Positions 1 through 8,814 are shown, counted from the stretch's first letter. The stretch is 30,507 nt of DNA from an uncultured virus (IMG/VR IMGVR_UViG_3300029305_009146) (IMGVR_UViG_3300029305_009146), one strand, 5' to 3'. The notes: generated by a model from the letters alone, not told the origin. Made by a program: numbers and translations.

Positions 1-406
1 CCGAGGCATCCCAGTTCATGTACATTTCACAGTCCATGATTTTTTCAATTTCCCCATCGGTAAAAGCATATTTAATTTGTCCCTCCGGCGAAACATCAAT
101 AAAGAGCTTACCGTGATTGTTACTCGGAGACCAGAATACATAGTCCTCGAAATCCTGACTATAGTCCACTTCCCTATGTTCTTTTATCAAGTCAGAGCTG
201 ATAACAATATCCTTCATATCAAAATTGACATCAAGAATCCGATTAAGCTTTGGAATATCGATGTACTTGTTATCTCTCAACCACTCTATTGTCCATCGGC
301 AGCGGCTTATCATGCGCTCTGCATAACACCAACCGTTATCTCTGGCCGCAAGGTGAATATTATTACCATTATTTACCCTTACATAAAGTTGGCTTCTCTC
401 GCTCAT
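1..406 (-). CDS. Hypothetical protein, running off the left window edge (MSERSQLYVRVNNGNNIHLAARDNGWCYAERMISRCRWTIEW...)
   Basis: Translated by hand. Open from ATG at 406 to the window edge, with SD AAAGGAG 7 nt upstream and the conserved motif at 444. Absent from the ORF track because its stop is outside the window. Confidence 0.8.
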   Translation of the reverse strand, partial: MSERSQLYVRVNNGNNIHLAARDNGWCYAERMISRCRWTIEWLRDNKYIDIPKLNRILDVNFDMKDIVISSDLIKEHREVDYSQDFEDYVFWSPSNNHGKLFIDVSPEGQIKYAFTDGEIEKIMDCEMYMNWDAS

Positions 407-443
407 AAACATTCTCCTTTCAAATATAGGAATCACTATATTT

Positions 444-456
444 GTTAAGGGAAAAA
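444..456 (-). promoter_or_regulatory. Conserved upstream motif copy 1 (TTTTTCCCTTAAC)
   Basis: Plus strand gttaagggaaaaa, between a terminator and the next RBS. Confidence 0.75.
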
Positions 457-471
457 TATTGAAATAAAGAA

Positions 472-499
472 AAGAACCATGCTTTTACACATGGTTCTT
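472..499 (-). terminator. Intrinsic terminator downstream of the VanX-like gene
   Basis: Inverted repeat aagaaccatg/catggttctt followed by a T-rich tract on the minus strand. Confidence 0.75.
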
Positions 500-517
500 A
501 GCAAAGCTTTAATATTG

Positions 518-1237
518 TCAGAACAAAGGGAACGTGTCCGGCAAATCATGTTTTAAAATTCCGGCATAGAGAACCTTTTCTTTTTTGAAATATCCCCAAA
601 ACTTCGTTCCGTAATCATAATGCCACCATTCGGACGGGAGATTGGTGAACCCCGCAGAAAGCATTGCGTTATAAAGCAATCTACGGTTATCTCTCACCTC
701 TTCGCATTCATCAAACACCTCAAAATGATTTGACCACGCTCTGTTTGTAAAATCATCAAACAGGGTTCCCATGTTTAACGCATAGCCAGAATCCGTTATG
801 ATTGTTAAATCTACTGCGCCACCAGTATTATGCAGGGACGGGTGAGTTATATCATAACTAGGCTTACTTACAAAAAATGATGTTAACTTATCCAGCTCTT
901 CATCGTCTACTGCCGGATGGTCCGCCTTTACCTGCGCCCTGTAGTATTTCCAGAGTCGCTCCTGTACCTCTACCGGACGATACGCATCGTAGATTTTGAA
1001 CCTGAACCCTTTTGGTAATGAATCTTGTGCTATTTTTAATCGTTCAACTACTCCGACACGAGCATAACAATCTTTGAGTGCTCCGGCAATTCCCATTTTG
1101 TAATACTGGGATTCGCATACAAAGCCCGCTTGTGATAGTGATACGAGCGGCTCTTCAACACCTTTTACCTCATAACTGTGAATAGATGGAAACTCCACTG
1201 TTGGTATCGAGGTAGTTAAATCAATGTTATTACTCAT
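518..1237 (-). CDS. D-alanyl-D-alanine dipeptidase (VanX/DdpX, peptidase M15D family)
   Basis: Motifs YDAYRP..VQ, SLHNTGGAVDLT (SxHxxGxAxD zinc motif), MGTLFDDF, NRRLL..AM..AGF and EWWHYDYG. Confidence 0.9.
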   Translation of the reverse strand: MSNNIDLTTSIPTVEFPSIHSYEVKGVEEPLVSLSQAGFVCESQYYKMGIAGALKDCYARVGVVERLKIAQDSLPKGFRFKIYDAYRPVEVQERLWKYYRAQVKADHPAVDDEELDKLTSFFVSKPSYDITHPSLHNTGGAVDLTIITDSGYALNMGTLFDDFTNRAWSNHFEVFDECEEVRDNRRLLYNAMLSAGFTNLPSEWWHYDYGTKFWGYFKKEKVLYAGILKHDLPDTFPLF

Positions 1238-1256
1238 AATAACCTCTCCTTACTTT

Positions 1257-1652
1257 TTATTTTTCTAAAAAATCTTGTTCTTTTGTGTCAATCTCGCTAA
1301 TGACGCCTTGTAAAGACTGAAGTTTACGTTCCATTTCCTTTTGGATTTCCCGCAATCTATCTGCCAGAAGCTCCTTTGCAAGCTCTGCGTTTGGTGAATC
1401 AAAAACAACACAAAAACATTCGTTGTCTCCAAAAACACGTCCAAAGTGTTCTTTTGTTATTGTACATCCTTGAAAGCCCGGCAAGTTCCGTGAACTTTCT
1501 GTTAACCGATATTTCCCGTCTTTCAAATACATATTGTGAACTTCCTCTATATAGCGAAGCTTTTCCGGTTCTTTAGTTTGAGCGTCTTTTGTATAACCAT
1601 AAAAATACAACTTTTTTATATTATCTTCATACATCCATGAATAGTCCCTCAT
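1257..1652 (-). CDS. Hypothetical protein with a C-terminal coiled coil
   Basis: ORF with SD AAAGGAG; likely start MRDYSW at 1652. Confidence 0.7.
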   Translation of the reverse strand: MRDYSWMYEDNIKKLYFYGYTKDAQTKEPEKLRYIEEVHNMYLKDGKYRLTESSRNLPGFQGCTITKEHFGRVFGDNECFCVVFDSPNAELAKELLADRLREIQKEMERKLQSLQGVISEIDTKEQDFLEK

Positions 1653-1687
1653 AAACATTCTCCTTTCAGATATGGCGCCTTTCTATT

Positions 1688-1700
1688 GTTAAGGGAAAAA
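1688..1700 (-). promoter_or_regulatory. Conserved upstream motif copy 2
   Basis: gttaagggaaaaa between the terminator (~1708-1735) and the RBS. Confidence 0.75.
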
Positions 1701-1739
1701 ATAAAAAAAGAACCATGCTTTTACACACGGCTCTTTATA

Positions 1740-2486
1740 TTATCGTTCCACGTCATTTTGTTCCCTGCGTTTCGCCTGCAATGTGGATAAAATATTATCC
1801 AAGTTATCAGAATTAAGTACATCTTTGTACTCTTCTTCAAAATCAACAAGCAGCTCCTTGGCTTCTTTTTCGCCTCTCATTATTTCTAAAAAGTAAGCTT
1901 GTAAATCCTCAAGAGCTGTCGCTTTTTCAATAAACTCTATCGCTTCCTTTGAAATGCAATCCCAAGAACCATACAGATTAATCGTGGCTTCTTTTATTTT
2001 ATCTAGCGATAATGGAGTGTTTGTGTTTTCGTGATAAACAAGCACTCCAAGGATATCTGACCGGTCATGTTTATATGCTCGAAAAGAGCGTAATTTCATT
2101 GCAACCAAGTATTCCCCGGAGATTATACGAACATTCAATACTCCGGAAAATGTTTTATAGTGCCTTGAATATTGTGCAATTTTCGGAGAGTATGACGATG
2201 TTTTTACAAAATTGTTGTTAAGCCATCCGTTCGGCAACCCATACATATCGCCTACAAAGTTGATTGCAGTCTTCATAGAGGCATTAGCACGAATATCTGC
2301 ATCAACATCGGTTGTCATTTCCCGAAAGTCATATCCGGCTAAAATGGCAGCGCCGCCAATCAACACAATTTCAGCATCAGCATACTTCCCGTATTCCTTT
2401 TTGTATGCCTTTCCAAGCTCTTGAAGGTATAGAATTAAATTTTCCTTCGTAAATTCCCGAGTGTTTTCATCTGTTTGGTTAAACAA
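1740..2486 (-). CDS. Nucleotidyltransferase-fold protein (DUF6036/AbiEii-like), putative toxin
   Basis: LIGGAAIL...REMTTDVD and GWLNN..., LVAMKL..FRAYKHDRSDI; overlaps the upstream HTH gene. Confidence 0.75.
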   Translation of the reverse strand: MFNQTDENTREFTKENLILYLQELGKAYKKEYGKYADAEIVLIGGAAILAGYDFREMTTDVDADIRANASMKTAINFVGDMYGLPNGWLNNNFVKTSSYSPKIAQYSRHYKTFSGVLNVRIISGEYLVAMKLRSFRAYKHDRSDILGVLVYHENTNTPLSLDKIKEATINLYGSWDCISKEAIEFIEKATALEDLQAYFLEIMRGEKEAKELLVDFEEEYKDVLNSDNLDNILSTLQAKRREQNDVER

Positions 2487-3048
2487 CTTCTCTCACCTCC
2501 GCTTCTGCGATATTATGGCGGGAAAATTCCGGAATAGCTCTTGCAAGAGCTTCCGCTTTCGCCATTTCATTTTTCATTATAGTGCAAGTTGCTATTACGC
2601 CCTGAGAAAAAACAGTTTCTGTTAGCTTCATTTTTCGTAAGTAATCGTATTTACGACAAAGTTCCACCTTGTTAATGCGGCTCACATAATCAACCATAGC
2701 CAACATATATAAGCATTCCAGATACCATTCTTTTTCATAATACTTGGTTATACTATCATCTGTAAGAACCTTAATTAAGAATTGAATATCACCAAGTTCT
2801 TTTAATTGATGACACACATTGCTTTTATAATTTTCAAAACTGCATCTTTTTTCGAAGAACGGAGCCAAGAGCTTATCCATAGAAATCCCCAGTACAGACG
2901 CAATCCTATAGACGGTTTCTGCAGAACACTTTTTTAGACAAGTCCTTCCGGAACAAATATCGTTTATTGTCGCATATGGTAGACCGCTTAGTTTAGAGAG
3001 TTTGTACATCGACATATTTTTTTCTTTGAGAAGTCTGTTAATATCCAT
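2479..3048 (-). CDS. XRE-family HTH transcriptional regulator, putative antitoxin partner
   Basis: N-terminal LLKEKNMSMYKLSKLSGLPYATINDICSG HTH; operon with the nucleotidyltransferase. Confidence 0.8.
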   Translation of the reverse strand: MDINRLLKEKNMSMYKLSKLSGLPYATINDICSGRTCLKKCSAETVYRIASVLGISMDKLLAPFFEKRCSFENYKSNVCHQLKELGDIQFLIKVLTDDSITKYYEKEWYLECLYMLAMVDYVSRINKVELCRKYDYLRKMKLTETVFSQGVIATCTIMKNEMAKAEALARAIPEFSRHNIAEAEVREVV

Positions 3049-3069
3049 AGAACCACCTCCTTATATATT

Positions 3070-3098
3070 ATTATATCGGTGCACCGACATAATGTCAA
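3070..3098 (-). promoter_or_regulatory. Consensus sigma-A promoter TTGACA-17-TATAAT with a palindromic operator TCGGTGCACCGA (3076-3087) in the spacer
   Basis: Minus strand reads TTGACA ttatgtcggtgcaccga TATAAT, then AAGGAGG and the ATG of the HTH gene. Confidence 0.9.
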
Positions 3099-3109
3099 GA
3101 AAAACTTTG

Positions 3110-3853
3110 TTACATAGCTGATTCGAAACCTCTTTTATTTTGTGCTGCATTGATACGTTTATTCTTCCATTCCTTGCTCTTTAAAACGAAAGAGCGGTAA
3201 GTTTCATAATCCGGCAAGTCAATGTACTTTCCGTTATACACATCAAAGCAGGCCTCTCCCCGAGCCATTTCGTATTCGTTTGCGGAAACCACAATATAGA
3301 TGACATTTCCTTGGTTATACTCAAAAATAGCGTTAAAGAGGTCTTCTTTGATATCGACAATATTGTCAACACTAAGACCGCTATCTACAGCATCAAGAAG
3401 AATCCATCGCTCATTCGGAATACATGGTTCCTCTACAACATCTCCGTCCAATTCTCTCATCGCCTTGGCTAAACGGCGAAACTTCTTATCCTTTGGGTCT
3501 TCTCCGGTTTTGATAAACTGACCCAGCCGAGAAGCAAGTTTTTCCATGTTTAGAACAATATTCTCCCCTTCAGAAGAAGCCATGGCATTTGCCATAAAAG
3601 AAAAATCCCCGTAAAAGCAAGCCTCAGAAACAGATTTATGTCCGCCATCCTCCAGATTATTGAAAAGGATACACGGAATGTTTTCTTTTTTAAGATTATC
3701 TTCAATTTGGTGAAGCAAGGTAGTTTTACCGACGCCGTTACATCCAACCAGAACTGTAACTCCGGGTTCAATTGCAATGTGCTTTGTCTTGTATAACTTT
3801 TCACCAGTGCCGTAGTAATCTTTATGTAACTGAAAAGTTCTTCCCATAATCAT
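3110..3853 (-). CDS. ABC/AAA-type P-loop ATPase without a membrane partner
   Basis: Walker A GCNGVGKTT, signature-like SSEGE, Walker B/D-loop ILLDAVDSGLS. Confidence 0.8.
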   Translation of the reverse strand: MIMGRTFQLHKDYYGTGEKLYKTKHIAIEPGVTVLVGCNGVGKTTLLHQIEDNLKKENIPCILFNNLEDGGHKSVSEACFYGDFSFMANAMASSEGENIVLNMEKLASRLGQFIKTGEDPKDKKFRRLAKAMRELDGDVVEEPCIPNERWILLDAVDSGLSVDNIVDIKEDLFNAIFEYNQGNVIYIVVSANEYEMARGEACFDVYNGKYIDLPDYETYRSFVLKSKEWKNKRINAAQNKRGFESAM

Positions 3854-3863
3854 TTTCTCCTTA

Positions 3864-4187
3864 TTATGCGGATTTCTTCAGCTGATACACGTTTCCACGA
3901 ATATGCTCGTGTTCTTTTTCTGCTAAAATCCTGTTCCAGAACTTAACCGCAGAATCACTGTGTGTAGCGATGCAAAAGCTGATATTCTTTTTGAATAGTT
4001 CTATTACATGCTCAAGAACTTTTCTTGCATGACCACGTCTTCTAAACGGTGCCTTTATCCCGATATGCCGAATAAAAACATCCTTCTCGTTGATGGTAAT
4101 ATCCAGTTCGCCGATATATGCATCGTTATAAAGGATATCATAATCAACCATGTTGTCAGTTTGTCGAACAGCTTTTAATCTGTACAT
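3864..4187 (-). CDS. GNAT family N-acetyltransferase
   Basis: IRHIGIKAPFRRRGHARKVL acetyl-CoA motif A and SAVKFW motif B; start MYRLK after SD AAGGGAG. Confidence 0.8.
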   Translation of the reverse strand: MYRLKAVRQTDNMVDYDILYNDAYIGELDITINEKDVFIRHIGIKAPFRRRGHARKVLEHVIELFKKNISFCIATHSDSAVKFWNRILAEKEHEHIRGNVYQLKKSA

Positions 4188-4218
4188 AAAAAATCTCCCT
4201 TCACATTTGCACACTTAT

Positions 4219-4231
4219 GTTAAGGGAAATT
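4219..4231 (-). promoter_or_regulatory. Conserved upstream motif copy 3
   Basis: gttaagggaaatt, about 16 nt from the SD of the GNAT gene. Confidence 0.75.
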
Positions 4232-4248
4232 TTAGGGGTAAAATAAAA

Positions 4249-4272
4249 AAGAGCCGGCATATACCGGCTCTT
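4249..4272 (-). terminator. Intrinsic terminator ending the long small-gene operon
   Basis: aagagccgg-catata-ccggctctt hairpin with a poly-T tail on the minus strand. Confidence 0.8.
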
Positions 4273-4283
4273 AATGCCTGTTT

Positions 4284-4424
4284 TTATCGGGTTTCCATAC
4301 CAAACTCCTCCAATATGTCATCGATTCGCATCTCAAGCATATCGGCGAAGCTTGTAAATACATTCTTTGACAGAGACTCCAAAGAATCCGGGCCTGTACA
4401 GATGAGAATATACTTGATTAATTC
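4284..4424 (-). pseudogene. Start-less reading frame (ELIKYILICTG...EEFGMETR*), probably the frameshifted C-terminus of the 4418-4921 gene
   Basis: 46 open codons fill the gap to the terminator. Removing one GA from AGAGAGGAGAATTA fuses the frames as ...RQEREELIKY... Confidence 0.5.
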
Positions 4425-4921
4425 TCCTCTCTTTCTTGCCGCTTTTCCATTTCTTTTGTCATGAGTGCATCTGCAATCTTTGTCAGATGATAAATTCGTT
4501 CCTTATCATCGAGAAAAGAACCGTCTCCGGCAAAGGCTTCGGTGTCATATACGCATTCTCCGCCTACGTCCGGATATTCTGCGTACAAGGAACCGTGACG
4601 AAGCCGCACATAACCAACCTGTTCCCCGGCAGCGGTAAACACGTCATACCGCTCCGGGCAGGGAGAACAAGTACACTTAAAGAACAAACCGGAAATATGT
4701 AAATTTCTTGGACCATTACCACGGTAGTCATATTTTGTCTCCTCGTAGAGCTCGTTCTCTTTTTCTTTGAGGATATTCTTCATCTTTTGCTCCATCATCA
4801 CTACTACATTTATGAACGTCTTATGACCTTCAACAGTACGCATAGCTTGAGCTTCGTCTCTCATTTCTTTTACGAGTTCATCAAAGGCATCTTTGACAGC
4901 ATTGTGTTCACCCCTCGTCAT
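4418..4921 (-). CDS. Hypothetical protein (CTCSPCPERYDV...GYVRLRHG)
   Basis: Likely start MTRGEH at 4921 with a GGAGGA SD; overlaps the upstream gene. Confidence 0.7.
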   Translation of the reverse strand: MTRGEHNAVKDAFDELVKEMRDEAQAMRTVEGHKTFINVVVMMEQKMKNILKEKENELYEETKYDYRGNGPRNLHISGLFFKCTCSPCPERYDVFTAAGEQVGYVRLRHGSLYAEYPDVGGECVYDTEAFAGDGSFLDDKERIYHLTKIADALMTKEMEKRQEREEN

Positions 4922-5411
4922 AATCCATTTCCTCCTCCTCTTCCAGTTCAGCAAGAACCAGTTCCACACTTCCGGTAACTTCGATGATTATACTGTTTGT
5001 TTCGGGTACTGCTCCGGCAACAGAATAATCAACATCGGACAAGAGTGGACTTCCAACCAGGCTTTCAGAAAGGTAATCCATGAGCTCTTCGATATCGAAG
5101 TTTACCATTTCTGATACATGAACCAATACCTTCCCGGTAACAAAACCGTTCTCATCCATGTTTTCACGGATTTCCCGCACGGACATCGGATGCATACGAT
5201 ACTCCGGCTCATCTTCTTTAAAATGCACCACCTCTCCGGCGACCTCCATGTGGTCGAGTGTAACCTGGTAAGTGGTAACATCCCAATCCTTGCACTTCCC
5301 AGACTCAATGGCTGCATTCTTCATATCTTCTGCAATCTTCTGTGAAGACGCACATTCAATTTGAGTTTCCCTATTCACTTCCATCTCTACAATATAAATC
5401 TTGTCTCTCAT
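4908..5411 (-). CDS. Hypothetical acidic protein
   Basis: Likely start MRDKIY after SD AAGGAG; tightly packed in the operon. Confidence 0.7.
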   Translation of the reverse strand: MRDKIYIVEMEVNRETQIECASSQKIAEDMKNAAIESGKCKDWDVTTYQVTLDHMEVAGEVVHFKEDEPEYRMHPMSVREIRENMDENGFVTGKVLVHVSEMVNFDIEELMDYLSESLVGSPLLSDVDYSVAGAVPETNSIIIEVTGSVELVLAELEEEEEMDYDEG

Positions 5412-5425
5412 GATTATTTTCTCCT

Positions 5426-5644
5426 TTACTCTTTGTGCATTTCCTCTTCCCAATCCAGCGTCACCTTCGGTTCGTCCTTATACGAGCCGTTAATGTGCTT
5501 TCGGATAATCTTTGCCTTTAAATCTTCGCCGGCTTCTTCATAAGCGTCTGCAATGAAGTTGGCATAGGCAAGGAACTTTTCATCATCACCCTCCAGATGG
5601 GCAGAAATTAAGATTCCAATAGTTGAAGCGTTGATGCATTTCAT
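5426..5644 (-). CDS. Small helical protein resembling the N-terminal domain of S8-protease-associated (IetA-like) AAA ATPases
   Basis: ATGA overlap with the upstream gene; pattern LIxAHxxGDDxxF..A..IA.....G....A..IR recognised from memory. Confidence 0.55.
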   Translation of the reverse strand: MKCINASTIGILISAHLEGDDEKFLAYANFIADAYEEAGEDLKAKIIRKHINGSYKDEPKVTLDWEEEMHKE

Positions 5645-5943
5645 TCTCGTTCTACCTCCCCCACCTTTTCTTTTTCTGCCGGCTTTCTCTTCATATACTC
5701 CCGATAGTTTTCTACATACTCCGGTACCGGTTTATCATTCAGATGATACTCCTGTAGATTCTCAGCCTTTCCCAAGAACTCTGCATCGGACTCCTTTATC
5801 CCGTAGAGTTCAAACTTCTTTTCAAAATCAAGCAAGGACACATATGCCATTTCTTCCGTATCTACAATGCATACAATCGGCATTTCTCTACCATTTGCGT
5901 TGTAGGTTTTTACCTTTACAATATCTCCATTTTCGTAATTCAT
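5641..5943 (-). CDS. Hypothetical protein
   Basis: SD AAGGAGG; ends GEVERE. Confidence 0.7.
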   Translation of the reverse strand: MNYENGDIVKVKTYNANGREMPIVCIVDTEEMAYVSLLDFEKKFELYGIKESDAEFLGKAENLQEYHLNDKPVPEYVENYREYMKRKPAEKEKVGEVERE

Positions 5944-5957
5944 AAAAACATCCTCCT

Positions 5958-6446
5958 TTATCTATCTTTATCAGTCTCTATCTGCGGAAACTCTTGTCCG
6001 TGGCATTGGCACCAGTCCCACAGTGCGTCATATTGTGCTTGGGTTAAGCACTTATTTTCCCAATAGCCATCGCGGACTCTTACTCCCCACATAAGTCCGC
6101 CGGAAGCTCGTACCCAACCGAGCTTTTGAATTCTGTCGCCGGGCCACATTACATCTGTCTCTCCATATAGGAGTTCAAGCAATTCTTCAGCTCTGTTTTC
6201 ATGTGCTTCTCCGTCGTAACATTTGCCATCCGGGGATATCCAGATATTTGGCCAGCGTGGCGTCACTTCTAACGGACACCACCCGGTTTTTGCAGTAAGC
6301 TCATGCCAGTCTTTATACTCTCTGACCTCGGACTCTTGCAGTTCTTTTTCTGTGATATCGTGCCATCCACCGGCAAAGCACCATACTTCCATTTTCTCAC
6401 GGTCAAACTCCCACCATTCTCCTTTGGAGTTTTTTACGAAAGTCAC
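5958..6446 (-). CDS. Hypothetical Trp-rich protein (WISPDG...H motif)
   Basis: GTG start with SD AGGGAG; packed in the operon. Confidence 0.7.
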   Translation of the reverse strand: MTFVKNSKGEWWEFDREKMEVWCFAGGWHDITEKELQESEVREYKDWHELTAKTGWCPLEVTPRWPNIWISPDGKCYDGEAHENRAEELLELLYGETDVMWPGDRIQKLGWVRASGGLMWGVRVRDGYWENKCLTQAQYDALWDWCQCHGQEFPQIETDKDR

Positions 6447-6450
6447 GCAA

Positions 6451-6714
6451 TCACTCCCTCTCTATGTCGTCGTATCCTTCTTTTTCTTCCTTGGATGCGG
6501 CCGGGTTTGTATACCCTTCACTCTCCAAATGTCTTATAAAATCCGTAATGTCTGAACGGCGTACCACCTCAACCGACATATCGCTACGATAGTCATAAAA
6601 CGGATTTATGTATGTTTCGTAGGTTTTTGTATCATTGTGCACCAGAAGATTAAAATGGTTTGCACAGCCTCGCTCTTGCCAGTTTTTATCCAGCCAATAC
6701 AAGTGAAATGTCAT
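6451..6714 (-). CDS. Hypothetical protein
   Basis: SD AAGGAGG; ends DDIERE. Confidence 0.7.
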   Translation of the reverse strand: MTFHLYWLDKNWQERGCANHFNLLVHNDTKTYETYINPFYDYRSDMSVEVVRRSDITDFIRHLESEGYTNPAASKEEKEGYDDIERE

Positions 6715-6725
6715 AGTCCGCCTCC

Positions 6726-6965
6726 TTATCTCTCGTCATGTTCTCGGTCTTTTTCCCACTGAGAAACCTGTTTGGCTATGCTTCTGTATCGTTCTTCGTG
6801 TCTGTACAAAAGCTCGTAAAACAATTCCTCTGGTAAAAACTCTTCGAGAAGGTCAACATCAACACGATTAAGATGCGTAAACCTTTTATCATAACTGTTG
6901 TAATTACATTCAATACAAGTACCACAGACAAAACCCTGCGTATTACCACATACCGGACAAGCCAT
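6726..6965 (-). CDS. Small zinc-ribbon protein
   Basis: CPVC...CGTCIEC; SD GGAGGA; ends HDER. Confidence 0.7.
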   Translation of the reverse strand: MACPVCGNTQGFVCGTCIECNYNSYDKRFTHLNRVDVDLLEEFLPEELFYELLYRHEERYRSIAKQVSQWEKDREHDER

Positions 6966-6976
6966 ATTCTTCCTCC

Positions 6977-7498
6977 CTATCTCTCGTCGTGCTCAAAACT
7001 AAACAGCTCTCCTCTTACAAGTTTCTGGTTCCACTCGCCAATCTCGTTCCGACGGTTATTTTCCGTAATGCTATCTGCCGGCCTACCGTTTTCCATGTAC
7101 TGAAAATGAGGAATTTCCTTTTTGTCCTCACGCAAAAATTCAATTTCCTTCTCACATTCTGTGGCATATTGCCATTCGGCATCAAGCGAATATCGTACAA
7201 CAGTTTCTCCGCTCGGTCCGACAAAAGCGTTGGTATAGGTAAAACCATCAAGGTCATACTCTTTCATAAAGACAGCAACTTCCGCCCTGCGGTTGAATCC
7301 TGTTTCGATACGGACAACAGAACCATCCTCCGGGTAGTTCCATTCATCGTTTTCATAAAGCGGCTCCCAAATATTGCTCCGGATAACATCTGCCGCAACA
7401 TCAAAAGCGTGTTGTATTTCAGAGGTAACACCGTGCATTGATGTCAATGCTTCCAGTGCCGATTTTAATTCCTTGTTTGAATATTTGGTATGGTTCAT
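6977..7498 (-). CDS. Hypothetical protein
   Basis: Likely start MNHTKY at 7498 (ATGA overlap, SD GGAGGT); ends HDER. Confidence 0.7.
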   Translation of the reverse strand: MNHTKYSNKELKSALEALTSMHGVTSEIQHAFDVAADVIRSNIWEPLYENDEWNYPEDGSVVRIETGFNRRAEVAVFMKEYDLDGFTYTNAFVGPSGETVVRYSLDAEWQYATECEKEIEFLREDKKEIPHFQYMENGRPADSITENNRRNEIGEWNQKLVRGELFSFEHDER

Positions 7499-7881
7499 CG
7501 TTCTACCTCCTGTTCTTTGTTTGTTGTCGCCAGCGGAATTCTCCCCATCTCGGAAGAGAGCCATTCTTTTACATCGGCGTCAAAAATCTTCTCTCCGAAT
7601 TTTTTGACAAAACCGGATGCAGTGAATTCCTGCATACGGCGAATCACATAACAGGCTTCCTCTTTCGATAGACTGGCAAGAGAAATAGTCATAATAGAAT
7701 CATCTTTCCCCATTATTCTTGCGCCCATAGCAAAGTGAGCTTCCAGTCCGACGAGTTTATCATATTCTCCGACCTTAAGCAGAATATCATCTTCCCGGTC
7801 AATAAGTACCGCCGGGTTCTTCATAGGGACATTACTGTACCCGTTAAACAATTCTCCGTATTGCACATAAAAATGGTCCAT
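7495..7881 (-). CDS. Hypothetical protein
   Basis: SD GGAGGT; ends EQEVER. Confidence 0.7.
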   Translation of the reverse strand: MDHFYVQYGELFNGYSNVPMKNPAVLIDREDDILLKVGEYDKLVGLEAHFAMGARIMGKDDSIMTISLASLSKEEACYVIRRMQEFTASGFVKKFGEKIFDADVKEWLSSEMGRIPLATTNKEQEVER

Positions 7882-7882
7882 T

Positions 7883-8176
7883 TTATCGTTCTACCTCCTG
7901 CCCTTCTCTTTGCTCAGGTTTTATACGTCCGAGAATAAAATCTTCAAACGGAACAGCCTCACCACGTTTTACATACCATTCCATCACTCTATCCATAGCG
8001 ATGGCGTGTTTTTCTTTTACTTCCAAAGTCTCATAAAACAAGTCACAAAGGACATTGTTTTTTACCAGCTCTGTCACATCCTCGTTACCCCGGAATACAC
8101 GGAAGTCGTACTCCTTCCCTTCCTCGTATTCGAACCAGTATTTACTGTGCTCCATGATAAGTGTTTTCTTTGCCAT
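7883..8176 (-). CDS. Hypothetical protein
   Basis: Likely start MAKKTL with SD GAGGAGG; ends GQEVER. Confidence 0.7.
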   Translation of the reverse strand: MAKKTLIMEHSKYWFEYEEGKEYDFRVFRGNEDVTELVKNNVLCDLFYETLEVKEKHAIAMDRVMEWYVKRGEAVPFEDFILGRIKPEQREGQEVER

Positions 8177-8192
8177 ATTATTTTCCTCCTCT

Positions 8193-8459
8193 TTAGTCAA
8201 ACGGCATTTCTGCCAAATCGCCCTCGTACTCCTTCTCAATGATGTCTTCCAGTGCCACGAATACATCACACTCATTTCTTCCGTCCCAGACTACAATGCC
8301 GTCATCCGCAATATCGCGGAGAAGTACATTATAAAGCTCGTTTGTGGTTCCGTCATTATCCATACGCCAGCACAAGGAATCAATGATGTTCCCCGGGGCG
8401 TATTCCTCGCCATTCATGTAAAAGACCTTAAACGTTTCAATGCTTGCCATATCAATCAC
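8193..8459 (-). CDS. Small, very acidic hypothetical protein
   Basis: ORF in the operon with a GAGGAG SD; D/E-rich. Confidence 0.65.
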   Translation of the reverse strand: MIDMASIETFKVFYMNGEEYAPGNIIDSLCWRMDNDGTTNELYNVLLRDIADDGIVVWDGRNECDVFVALEDIIEKEYEGDLAEMPFD

Positions 8460-8814
8460 GCTCCTCTCTCCTCTATCGCTCCAAGTCGTTTTCTTGTTCG
8501 ACTTGTTGAGCGCTTTCTAATTCTTTGTTCATCATAAACTCGATACATTGAACCTTGCCGCGAATTACTACATTTGACAGATTTTCTTTCGTCACGACTC
8601 TGGCTTCCAAATTTCCGGATTCTTCTATCAACTCATCAATGATATGATGATATTTTTCATAGCCATATTCCGTGAACCAGCACCGACTATCTACGCCAGG
8701 ATTACTCTTATACCACTTGGGTTCTTTAAGAAACCTTGCAAAGTATCGTCTTTGGTCCGGGTTTAAAACGGCAAATATTCCAACATACTCGCCGTTTTTC
8801 TTTGCTTCATATCT

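Noticed and set aside
77..448. 123-aa plus-strand ORF
   Set aside because: Overlaps a better minus-strand gene with SD and motif (1-406).
444..456. TTAACA within the motif as a sigma-A -35 box
   Set aside because: No -10 hexamer at 16-18 nt in most copies, and some copies are too close to the SD to allow it.
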